A stretch of DNA of 63,222 nt, counting the filler. It is 12 parts of 12 records of this genome, joined end to end, with 100 filler letters (N's around TTAATTAATTAA, not from the genome) between each part and the next. Parts side by side here need not be neighbours in the genome. Positions count along the whole stretch, not along the records: positions 5,611 to 14,159 come from SRR7504441_2915; positions 14,260 to 21,751 come from SRR7504441_2919; positions 21,852 to 25,037 come from SRR7504441_2969; 9 more parts are not named here. One strand, 5' to 3'. The number at the start of each line of letters is the position of its first letter. The stretch's first letter is position 1. A model generated the notes under the pieces. It searched no databases and was not told the origin of the DNA. It saw only the letters and a list, made by a program, of their open reading frames with translations. Made by a program: the position numbers and the translations under genes. This document shows positions 11,044-22,530 of this stretch, one piece after another.

Positions 11044-11845
11044 ATGGGCAATTGCTTCTGCGGGGACTATGGCAGCGAAAACGAGCTCGCGCTGGTGGAG
11101 CTGAACGGCCGAGCCGGGATCACTGCCGAGAGGAGGAAGGTGCTGCTGGCCCAGCTCTTTGCTGCTTATGATGCCGACAAATCTGGAGCACTGGATTCAA
11201 TAGAGCTGCAGCTTATGCTGGTAGCGCAGCGATTGAGAGCTGAGGCCGAGTTGTCCGGTGTGGGGGCAGGTCGACTGTATCGGTGCCACCGTACTCCAGC
11301 TCCGTGCAGACAAGGCCGAGGCCCAAGCAAACCTGGCCAGGGAGAAGGCCAAGGCCCAGGAGGAGGTATGCTCACCCGTGCTGCCTCACAGCAGCGTGGC
11401 TTGGTGCAGGTGCAGAAGGCCGGCGGCGGGTTTTTGGGGGCGGCTCTAGCTGGCGGGGTGGTGTCGCAAGTGTTTGACCCATGTGCCAAGCGTGTCTGCA
11501 AGGCTGAGTATGTGTGGGCTGCAGCGGAATCGTTTGATGCTGTGATTAAAGTACTCGATGACCAAAAAGCACAAATGAGCAAGGCACCGCATGACGAGGT
11601 GGCAAAGGATTTCCTCGCTTCGTTCTCTACACAAACAGCTGGCCAGGTGCTCGTAGAGGGCAGCAACGGGCATTGAAACCGGTGGGTTTTAGGTGGATGG
11701 CAATGAAATGGCGACGGGGCTGGATACGCTGCTGCCGAATCTGCGAACCCAAGCTCATAAGGATGTGTTCTGTGACCACGGGAATCAGATGCTCGGCAAG
11801 GCAAACAGCATGGCCAGCCTAATGCAAAATAGCAACAATATATAA
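11044..11845 (+). CDS. N-myristoylated/palmitoylated EF-hand protein; about 4 short introns
   Basis: Starts MGNCFC (dual acylation motif); EF loop YDADKSGALDSIEL; spliced frame ends at TAA 11843-11845. Confidence 0.75.
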
Positions 11846-11887
11846 AATTAAGGCACACGTAAGTACTGATCGTAGAAAATGATCGAA

Positions 11888-11964
11888 TGAGCGCGGGCTC
11901 CGGGGCCAGAGGCGGCAGCTCGGGCTCGGGCCTGCCCCGCCCATCATTGGTGTGGACTGTTGCT
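11888..11964. repeat. Copy B: degenerate intergenic duplicate of 10849-10942
   Basis: tgagcgcgggctccggggccagaggcggcagctcgggctcgggcctgccccgcccatcattggtgtggactgttgct; non-coding context. Confidence 0.9.
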
Positions 11965-12137
11965 AGTGGCACTCGTGTACGAGCTCTGTACAACTCTACA
12001 GTACGAGCTCTAGGAGCTGTGCGGGAATCTTCAATCTTGGCCTTTTGCGGTTGGATCCGGGCTCTGCGGCAGTGGCTGGCCCAAGGCGCCAGTACGTGGG
12101 TCGCGTAATGGAGGGACTCCTCCGTAGGGGGGATACG

Positions 12138-13936
12138 ATGGGCAGCCAAGATGGGAACCAACCGGGCGACGGCGAAAAGGTGTTGTGGTACCAGGTGTTC
12201 CTGTCGGTCTGGATTGCGTACGCCATAGTGGTGGCTGGGCTCTGCGTGGTCAGTGCCGCCCCCGGTGCCTGCCGACGGGCCGGCCAGCGGATGGTATTCA
12301 ACCACAACGATCGACCCTGGAAGCTCTCCCACCGGAATGGGATCCTCTGGGGGCTCACCGCCTACCTAATCCGTGCCCACCGCTCCCGCGTTCGGCTCAC
12401 GCTGTTTACAGTTCGGGCCTTCTTCTACATTCTATACCTGAACGACGCCGAGAAGTCGATGGGCCAGTTCATGTACGCCCGCCTGATCTACTGGGCCTGC
12501 CTGATCCCGTCACAGGTACGTGGTGCTGATCGACGTGCCGACCATGATCTTCTTCGTGGTCTACACGCAGCTCGTCCTTTACTGGTGCGGCCGGTGGGGA
12601 GGCCAGAGATCAGTCCAGGCTGTCAGGGCTAACATGGCTGATAGAAATGCGCTGGAGGAGCACCGATGGAAGTATGGCTACTGGGGACTGGTGACTGCGG
12701 GCTTGGCCAGGCCGGAGCTGGCTGCAGTTGGGATTGCTGTTGGTGCTGACAGTGATAAACCTTGTGCCTGGTTTAACACGAGCATCGTGACAGAGTCTGG
12801 GCAGGTTTACCGAGTAACCAACTACAGCAAGCACACCGACGACGATACCATGCGCTACGTGCGCCACCCTGCTAGCTCCAGGGCCTGAGCCAGCCACAGG
12901 TTTATGGGCTTTTCCTCGGGATGCTCACATTGCTTCTAGCTGCTGGCTTTTTGGTCTATGGTAATCTCCGTACCAGGCTGCCCGGCCGAGCCCCTGGCAG
13001 GCTACTTCTTCCGTCGAAAGCTGCTCTCGTTCCCGGAGGGCGATGTTCGCCGGCGCTATTTACCCCGAGTGATTGGCCTGGGCCCCAACTCCTCAGGCAG
13101 GGTGCAGATCTTGCTGGCCATGGGTCTGTTTTCTGTTGGTTTCATCGTCTATGGCGTCTTCCTCATAGTGGTGCGCCATTTCAGTCCTGGTGCTGGCTGA
13201 GATGGGGCTCAGGGGTACTCGCTAAACGAGGAGTACCTTCCCGGTGACGGTTTGCATGGGGCGGGAGCTGAATGTGCCACAGGGATGGACCATAGCGGAC
13301 TCAATCACTCTGAGCAGAGTGCGGTCATCTTCCGGGCGATGGATTGGTGTGCCGGTTACCGATCAAGGCCTGAGTGCATCTGTGCCCAGGTACCTGGCTT
13401 CATTGATAGTGTACATCGTGCTCGCCCCGGCCAAGGACCAACCGAAGATAGGGGTAGCCATTCGACTCGCTCCGGCCGCTCACTCGCATTTGGCAGGGGA
13501 AATCCATGGCCGAGCCTCTGCTTGAGACCTCCATTGAGGAGACGCCAGGATCTCCAAACGCCACAATGCTCGGCATGAGCCCGACTGCAAGTCCACACTC
13601 CCCAAATCCAGTCGTCTCGGCACAGACGGCTCATGAGCTGCAGGTTTGGCTAGGACTGACGCGGTGTGCTGACTTGTTGTGCCAGGAACGATACAACAGC
13701 TATGGCAAGCCCATGTCATCATACAAAGAGCCAGGTGGCAGAGAGGAGGCTGCTGGTGAGGAGTTCCCATACAAAAACCGGGTAATGCAGGTGCGGGCGT
13801 GGTCTTGGGATGGGTGTGATCTTGGGATTGGCAGCACTACCGATCCAAATATGGCAATCGGTCTTTCGCAGAGGGAGTCTCTGGTAGCTACACTCCGCCC
13901 ACATCATCGCAAGGCAGCACGCCCGAGACGATTTGA
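12138..13936 (+). CDS. THH1/TOM1/TOM3-like multi-pass membrane protein; many short introns
   Basis: Spliced segments VLIDVPTMIFFVVYTQLVLYWANM and LLLAAGFLVYG resemble the TOM1 family motifs LDLPxLxFFSTYxLLVLFWA and GFLxYG. Start may be 12108; end is approximate. Confidence 0.65.
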
Positions 13937-14259
13937 AGGGCAGCTGTGCACTGTCTTTGACTGCTGCAAACCAGCCGAGCATCACCGCACATGATCAGTC
14001 CAAGTGGTGTGTTTTCGTCTGTACTATTGATAATGACATTGTAATCAATTAATTGTGAGCCATCGATATGCGCAAATGATCCTCCTGAAAATTATTACAA
14101 GTACGACGAATGTAATCAAACAACGGCGGCGATATATCGATCTGCGGCAATGATTGCATNNNNNNNNNNNNNNNNNNNNNNNNNNNNNNNNNNNNNNNNN
14201 NNNTTAATTAATTAANNNNNNNNNNNNNNNNNNNNNNNNNNNNNNNNNNNNNNNNNNNN

Positions 14260-14991
14260 GCTGGCGGCTGGCAGCCGGGGAACGTGGCCGACGATGCGAG
14301 GTGGCCGGCGGGTGGGCGGTGGGCTGAAGGCGGTGGCAGGTCTAGTGCGGCCAGTTGCAGCTCGTACACCTGTCCCGACCCGGGGATCCCGGCCGCCCAG
14401 CCAGCCGAAGCCGGGGACTGGACCCAGCGCAACCTGCCCAAAGCTAAGCGGCTGAAGACGACCAGCACCCGGGGCAACTTGAAGAAGGCCGAGCTCCAAT
14501 CCGAATGCCAGCGCCTGGGGATCAAGGCGTACGGGAATCTTGAGCAGCTAATCCAGCGGTTGGAGTACCATGACGAGCATGGCTTCGAGAGGTCGCAGGG
14601 CATGGCTAGGCTCAAGCAGGAGTGCAGGAACAGGGGAATGACGGTGGGTGGGAATCTCGGGCAGATATTCGCGCGGCTGGAGCAACACCACCGGTGTGGC
14701 TTTGAGCAGTCGCAAACGTCACCCTGGCTGAAGGCGGAGTGTGAGAGGAGGGGCCTCGCGGTGGGGGGCAACGTCGGTGAACTGCTCCAAAGGCTGGAAC
14801 GGCACCAGGCGTTTGGCTTTGAGCGGTCTCTGGGGCAGCGTCTGCTGAAGGAGGAGTGCAGGAAGAGGGGCCTTGAGGTGGGAGGGAGCGTCGGTGTCTT
14901 AATGGATAGGCTGGTGCTCAACTATTGTGTTGATCCGATGCGATCACCGCAGGAGAAAGCCCTCGCACTCCAACTGCTGCAAGAGAATTAG
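14260..14991 (+). CDS. Protein with four tandem SAP-like DNA-binding repeats (5' truncated)
   Basis: 39-aa unit LKxECxxRGLxVGGNxGxLxxRLExHxxxGFERS repeated 4 times; probable intron 14301-14339. Confidence 0.75.
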   Translation, partial: AGGWQPGNVADDARWPAGGRWAEGGGRSSAASCSSYTCPDPGIPAAQPAEAGDWTQRNLPKAKRLKTTSTRGNLKKAELQSECQRLGIKAYGNLEQLIQRLEYHDEHGFERSQGMARLKQECRNRGMTVGGNLGQIFARLEQHHRCGFEQSQTSPWLKAECERRGLAVGGNVGELLQRLERHQAFGFERSLGQRLLKEECRKRGLEVGGSVGVLMDRLVLNYCVDPMRSPQEKALALQLLQEN

Positions 14992-15172
14992 ATATTTAGG
15001 GAGCTCGTCGCTCCTTTAGCGAGTTCATGCTGCTAGATGTTTAGTATGGATGACTCAAAACAATGCAATTGTATTCGTGTCACGTGATTAAATCATTTAC
15101 GTACAGTATGTACATGTAAACTTTTCGTACAAGTACATTATTACGAAGTTTTTTATGTGAAATCTTCGACGT

Positions 15173-18100
15173 TTAAGCATGTTTGTGCTTCTTTGCATGA
15201 TTCACCCTATGGCGTTTCCGCTTCTCGCCTTTCATCACCTTCTTGTGCGCAAACTTTTCCGGGTTGACCACCGCCTCAACTGCTGAGGTGGCCTTTCGCT
15301 TGCGCCTGTTCTCATCCATGTGGTTCCGCACAGAATTGTACGCTGCAGTGAACTCGTTGGCACCGACCCTTTTCTCGACTAGCGCCAGCACCTCGTGTGC
15401 AAGCGGCTCGAGCTGTGCGGCATCGTACCCGACCTCGCGCTGTGTGGAAACTCTAAACAGTGGCGCCACTATTCGAGCAAGGTTGGCTACCACCACCTCT
15501 AGCTCAAGCTTCAGACTGAGCGCCGCCAGGCACCGAAACACACACTGCCGCTTGATCAGACCCCGCGTCCGGCCAAGATAGGCCAGCCTCCGGAACAACC
15601 AACCGGCAGGGGCCGCGCCGGACGCCTCCTCCTCGTTGTGCTCGGCTGGCTCGTCGGTGTTATCGTGTGCGTCGCCACTCGAAGGGCTGGCGAGGTATGC
15701 AGTGGCCACAAACACAATGTTCTTTGCGACCTGCTCGCCGAGCTGTTGATCCAACAGCTCGCTGGTCAGCTGGTTACACAGCTTGTTCCCAATCCGGCGT
15801 AGCACAGTCGCATCAGCCAGCCAGACCGACCCGCCATTCGCCCAGAGCCCAGCCGGCCCGCCTACCAAGCTGAAGCTCAGCCCGAGCAGTCGACATGAGG
15901 CTGAGCGGATCCAGCTATGGTTATGCAAGAGGAGCTCGGTTACCGCTGGCCACACGGCCTTCGACTCAAACAACCCCTGCGCCTGCTTCGAGGCCCCTTC
16001 CAAAACTTTCTCCGCAGTCCCGAGAGCATAGTACACCAGCCGCCAGGTTTGATCAGCGTCATCGGAGGGCTCTGCAGAAACCTGGGCTGCAATCAGCTCG
16101 GCCACTGGTGTGATGGCTTTCTCAAGAAGGGCCGGCGACACCACAGTCGGCCCGAGCTCACATAATAGCCCGATGACCTGTGCTGCGGCAGCGCACAGCG
16201 CAGTCTTTGAGCCGGCCAGCCAGTCGAGACTCTGTCGAATCACTTGCTCAATCTGAGATGAGCCCAGCCTATGGAACATCGCTTGCATTGCGTGGGCCGC
16301 CGCCTTGCAGCATGAAGGCTCGTCGTCGTTCACCAGACGAAGCACCAGCGGGAGCAGGATGAGCTGGTAGTGCTCGCGGATCAGAACTTCTGGGAACTGG
16401 TCGACAACCTGGTGCACCATTTGGAGTGCAGACAACCGGCCACTCGAGTACTCGTAGCCCAGGTGCGACAGAATGAACTCCAGGTGCCGATGCAGTCGCT
16501 TTGGTGAGAGTGGGTAATGAGCTAAAAAGTGCAGGAACAGCTCCCTGCAGGTCTTTCGCGAGGCTTCGAAATTGGCTTGAATTGCCAGTTTGGCCACCTC
16601 TTCCATCACATCGTAAATCTCGGCGATCACGACTTTGTGCATGATTACCCCCTTTATAATGCCAAAGCACACAGACTGGCGTTCTGGATCATCCATGTTG
16701 ACACTGGCCAGACCGAGCATCACCTCCAGCTGCTCGTTCGAGAACTTGAACTGGGGCAAGTCCCGCGACAGCGTGGCTAATAATCGGAAAGAAGCTTTCA
16801 CAACCTCTCCAAGGTCGTTCCCTGCATCCTGTAGAAGTGCGAGGATGTCCCGCGCTAGTATCTCAGTGTGCGTGGAGAAGGCTGGTAATTCTACCTTCAT
16901 CTGAATCATCCGTTCGGCACACTTAAGGATACAGGTCCGTGTGGTGTCGGCTGTGGAAGCCTTGAGAAGCCCCGTGCAGAGCTCAAACATCTTGTTCAGC
17001 TCGGTGACACACTCCTCGGTCCATTGCTTTTGCTTCAGACCAGCAAGTAGCAGGCCGAGACCAAAGTCTATCAACACGTGGCTATGCCTGCATGAGAACA
17101 TCAAGCAAGGCTCTCAGAAGGACGGACCTCTGGATGTTGCTCATGGTTGTCGACCTCCGTTTCTCGTCGATGCTAACCAGATGCCTTCGACGCTGCAAAG
17201 CAGGAATTTAGAGCAGACTTCAGGCAGGTGATCAAGGCCTAGTGTGGGTAGCATGTCAGCAAAATTGGAACTAAAATATTTCACTGGAGACGTAAGATAC
17301 GCCTGCTCACTAGTAGGTCTAATCCTCCATGCATGCACCCAACACGCCCAGGATCCAGGGAGGAGATCACCTTGGCTGGTGAAGGCTTCTCTTGATCATC
17401 TGCATCGGCTGGAGCAGAGTATTTTGCCACTAGATCTGCCAACACAGGGATGTTAAATTCTGGAAAGCTGCTAGATGCACACCTGTAATAAAAGCTAGAG
17501 CCGACTGGCCGGTGAAACCAGGATTAGACGAGAGTCCGGAACCAAAGCGCATCAGCGCCTGCTGAATGCGTGAAACTAACGCGATCCGCTCTGATGCATC
17601 AAGTGCCTCACAGAGGGGGTTCATGACTTCTTGGATTGCGTCGGGGAATCCAAGCAAACGGCCAAGCAGCTCGAACGAGTCGAACGACTTGGTGCCGCGA
17701 GTCTCTTTGCCTTTCTGAGCAATTGCTTGAACATCTTTCTCCTTTGCAATCTCGCCAAAGACGTCATCACAAAGAACCTCGAGCAATGGCTCTGCGCAGT
17801 AGTCCAGATCGCCTGGGTGTGCCGACCCAGCATGATTGGGTTTAGCCATCTCCACAAGCAGCGAGTGGACAGTATAACCCAGCACATGCGCTTCAAACCC
17901 CCTTCGTAGAGCGAACTGTAGCTGACTGAGAACATAACCAAAGTATCCAGGCCCTAGCACGCCAATACAACGAACAAGCGAAGTCCGTGCCCCATCACGA
18001 ATCTGTTGCATCCGAGATTTCAGCTTGCCGCACAGTGGAATAATGATTCTGGGAAGCGCTGCTTGACGAACAGCCGTTGGGAGCATCTTACAGACTTGCA

Positions 18101-21100
18101 CAGCTGCAACAGCAACATGCACCTTGTGGATCTCAAAATTGTCTCCAGAGCGCATGTATCCTTGAAGCATCGGCAGAATGCTATTAATCAGAATACCCTG
18201 GATCTTTTGCCCAAGCGTGGCGGCTTTCTCCTGCGCCTGCTGTTGATCATACAGTGACTCTTCACCCTCCTCCTCCTCCTCGTCGTCCTCGTCAAGGTCG
18301 GCATCCTCTGCGTCGATATCCTCGTCTTCCTCTCCATCTTTGGCAGCACCCTGATCTTCAGAAATCACAAAGGTCCGCTGGCTCTCCGTGGCATAGAGCA
18401 CCTCTTCTTCGCCATTTTTGTTCTCAGTACCATCGCCTTCCTCGTTACCTTCATCATCAATCTCAGCTGCGAGATCCTGCTTCTGAGTTTGTGCAATCTC
18501 GGCCACCACTGCTGAAGCCTGCTTCTGTAAAGTTGTCGTGGCCTGTTGAGCGATATCAAAGTGGAAGCTGTCCAGCATCTCGGTCACAGCCCGCACCATC
18601 AGCCTCTCTAGCTCTGGCTTCGAAGCAACCATCCGCAGAAAGCTGGTCAGAAGCGCGTAGTACTGCCTCCAGTCCATTCGCGCAGCAACCCCTCCAAGCG
18701 TCCGGATCGCCTGCGCCGTGGTGTTGTGGCTGTCTCCCTTGGCAGACTTCTGTAGAATTGCCAGCGTCTCTTCCTTCTTGGCATTGGCTTCAGTAATAAA
18801 CGGATTGATCAGCGGCACAAGCACATCTGATAATACATTCTGTGGGAACATGAGCGCCTCGTCGCGCACAGACTTGTTCAACTGCTGCAGGGCCCGTGTC
18901 CTGCGGTGCACCTGCAAGTGTGTCAGATTAGTGAAGAAATCCTTCTCGCCATCATCCGAGCAAAGCACGGCAAGCGATTCATGTTCGGAAGGCGTTGCTG
19001 CTACAACCGCACCGAGGAGTCGAATGAATACAGCCCGCTGGCTCTCTTTCTTGTGGTGGAGCCCTCGACGAGCTGCAGGGTAAACAACGTTCCTCACCAG
19101 CTCAGTCACCCATCGCTCCGGGTTCTGCTCAGGGGTTGACTTGGAGACTAATGTCTCGATGGCACGAGCTGAGACGTTGCGGATCGACAATTCGTCTTGA
19201 GACATATCGTGTATCAGCTGCCAAACCACCGGCAGCGCTCCAACCCGACCAAGCTCGATGATGCCTCCGTCCACAAGGGGTGCAGCTGCCGCGGCCCTAG
19301 TGTCGTAATCAAACTCCTCAGCCACGCCATCAAGATAAGCATTGAGCTGTTGCAGAAGCTTTGCAGTCGGTGCGAGGTCGGGCGTCTTGCCAGCAATCTG
19401 GTTAAACAGTTCAACCAGTGCTGTGCGTCCACGGCTGTCAGCAGTCTGTCCAAACTGCCCAGACAGAAACGACAGGTGTTGCTCACAGACCACGTTGCCA
19501 GCCAGAGGGAAGAGCTGACCCAGAATAGTGAGCACACGGTGCCTTGCTGCACCAGCCATCTTCTTATCGTAGCGTAAAAACTTGATCAACAGGTTGGAGA
19601 GCGATTCAGCCTGCTCGGCGCTGTCAGCATAGACCGCAAGCTCCGACAGGAGCGCCAGCTCATGCTGTATAGCCCCAGCACGGGCGACAGTAGTAACCAT
19701 CGCGTGCAGCTGCTCCAGGAGCATCGAAATCCTGGACTTGATTATCTCTTCAGAAATCGCAGCCACCTCAGTGCCAGTGCTCTCACGGTGCCTCAGAAGC
19801 GACTGTACTGCTGCAAATGCCGCCTTGCGCAGGTCGTGTGACATGCCACGAGTGACCTGTCCGATGCAGCTGACAACCCCGTCCCAAAGGGTAGGCTCGC
19901 TGCCAAACATTAAGAGTAGAGGCTCATGAGCAGCAATGGTACTGGCGATCCTCATCAGCTTAGGCCTATGGGGTGCAGTGTTGTCCTCAAGTTGTGCAAA
20001 CAATGGTGCCAGCGGCGCTCGCAGCTTGTCAAAGTGTCCAGTCTCCGATGGAAACGCCTCCATGATTTCACACACTCGAGATAGTGCCTCGACTTGGCAG
20101 GCTGCATGCCCTGACCGCAGCCTGGCATCGTCCTCTTCTTGGCTCGGCTTGATCTTAGCCACAGCTGTATTGCTTTCAATGGCACCCACAATCACTTGAA
20201 TTAGCCTGCCCAGGTGTGCCAGCATGTGCGTGCGCATGGATTTCAGCATGTCTACAAGAAGGTGCAGGAAGCCTGAATAATGCCCAACTGGTACTTTCGC
20301 ATTGCCCGACTCGAATGGGCTCAGCAGCATGCTGAAGAATGGACCAGACTCTTCTGGTGTCATGTGACCCACATACGACAGCCAAAGCGCCCTCCTGGAG
20401 GAGTGGGCATCTTTGCCTCCTCCGCGCTTGATTGTGCGATCCATCAACCGACCAACTGCAATCCGCGAAACCATCTCGAGAGCAGCAGGCCGATGCTCCA
20501 GAGCGATTGATGAGTTATGAGGATCGAGCGAGAATACTACCATGAGATCACGAGCCTTGTGGCCCTTGTTTGTCAATTGCAGCAGCTGCTGCTTGTATGC
20601 GTTGAGGCCCTTTATTTTCCAGGCCAGAACGCTTCGAACTGCATTCTCCTGCAATTCAGAATCGGACTGCGAGCAGAGCTGCTGCAAGAGGTCTTTGAGC
20701 TCTTGAGCACGGAACAGTGCTGCAGGTGCTCTGAAGAGGGCGAACAGCTTGAGATAGTCCAATAGCCGCTGCTTCAACACCTTGCGGTTGCCGACTACAC
20801 CTTCGCCTGTGAGCAAAGAACTGGCCCCACGGATGCTACTTGCTGGGCCATTAATAAAGCCGAAGAAGGTGTCCAGCCAGTGGCGGCTCCGCTTCTCTAG
20901 CAAATCCGGCACACGCTGAAGTATCTTCCAGAGCTCCGTGTGCAGCAGACTCGCTGAAGTAGGCGCAACCCCCTTGGCAAAGTGTGCAGCCACCCAACTG
21001 GCAAGTTCGTTCTCATCTGAATCAGGCTCGGCGACATCCTCGGCCTCCGCATCCAACTCCTTGTCTGCCTCGTTAGAAGCCATCTTCATCGCCCCAAGAA

Positions 21101-21751
21101 GCGCGTTCCACACAGGCTCGCTGGCATCGGAAGCAATCTTCTCGATCAGCTCTCCCACTGCGGCCCACACAAAGCTGGCCCTCACGTTGAGCAAAGAGAG
21201 CGCGCAGATGCACGCATGCTCGGGTTTACTGGTGGGCAACCGGAGAATCTGCAGACGAATGTTGCGGGAAGCCGCCAAGGTCGGTTTAGTGACTGTGAGT
21301 TCCAGTGCCTTGGACCACAGTTCGTTATCAGGGTCGACAGCTGCAAGCATTTGTAGTGCGGCAGAGCGGCGGGTGGCCTCTCTCGAGTTTCTCAGCATTT
21401 GAATCATTTCATCCTGGACTCTTGCTCTAAGATCATCAGGGAGGACGCCTGCTGTTGAGTTCTTCAGCCACGTTGCAGCTGCTTCGACCAGGATGTTGCT
21501 ACCGCAGTGCGCGAGGGCTGTGCTGACAACTTTTTCGGGGGCTAGATCAACATCAGATCTGCATGCAGCGAGTGCTGCTGAATACAACAGTTGGCTCACG
21601 GGCGAGGCTTTGCACTGAAGCCTAGTACTAGCAATGGATAACGCCTGCGATCCAGCATTAGTGCTACCAGAGAGGAGTGCACCTGGCGAATGACTGCTTG
21701 CAGGGGCCCCGTGTCCAGTTGGGCTGCAGCGATTGCTTGTAGCATAGCAGC
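15173..21751 (-). CDS. UTP20: U3 snoRNP-associated protein 20 (SSU processome HEAT protein), 5' truncated
   Basis: LRRGFEAHVLGYTVHSLL, HSHVLIDFGL, LGYEYSSGRLSAL, HSWIRSASCRLLG, basic C-terminus; introns, including 17193-17370, restore one frame. Confidence 0.92.
17242..17345 (-). ncRNA. Candidate intronic box C/D snoRNA (possible U6 snRNA guide)
   Basis: Lies in an oversized 178-nt intron. Terminal stem gtgttgggtgcatg / catgctacccacac; D box CTGA next to the stem; non-canonical C-like ATGGAGGA; GTTCCAATTTTG before the D box is antisense to conserved U6 AAAAUUGGAAC. Confidence 0.6.
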
Positions 21752-21851
21752 NNNNNNNNNNNNNNNNNNNNNNNNNNNNNNNNNNNNNNNNNNNNTTAAT
21801 TAATTAANNNNNNNNNNNNNNNNNNNNNNNNNNNNNNNNNNNNNNNNNNNN

Positions 21852-22219
21852 GAGACTAAAATCAGTTTTGACGATCCTGTCAAGGAGGACGAGTACAAGA
21901 CAGGTGACTGGCGCCGCACTGTGAGGGCTGGATGGTGTTGTTGCTAGGCGAACAGTTGGCCATGGCGCCACAAGCTGCAGATCGGGCGCTGCAGACGCTG
22001 GAGGAGCTCGAAGTAGAGGTGCGACACAAGCTAGCTCTAGGTAGACTGACCTCGGGCCTACAGATTCGTAACCTGTTGTTCCATCAGCAGCAACAGCAAT
22101 CCGATATATTGAGGAGTTGTGACGACATTATGACTTGGACCTCACAATTCTCACGGCGCCCATCGAGAAAAAGCTTGAAGCAACTCTCCGGAAAGGATGT
22201 AGTTCTGAGGGAAATCTAG
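21852..22219 (+). CDS. 3' fragment of a hypothetical protein
   Basis: Intron gtgact..ctag followed by an open frame to TAG; AT-rich 3' region follows. Confidence 0.5.
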
Positions 22220-22530
22220 TTATTAAAATTGGCCAATGATGCGCCGTCAACTTTACATGTAGCCATAATACGTACATGTAGCGCTATCGAAATCATATCG
22301 AAATCATCGGTCGAAATACATTAATGTTAGTACAGACGTGAGTCCCGTAAAGCTAAGCGTGTACAATTAATCAATGCCACTGTTACGCTTACGTCCTGTT
22401 TTGACTATGAGAGCTATTGTTGGAAGGACCAGATGTCCTGAATAGTCGGGTCGACTTGTCATCGATCACAGACTGTCCCAGGCAATCTGTAGAGATACTG
22501 TAGAGAGTGTGGCTGCAAAGTTTCCCAGAT

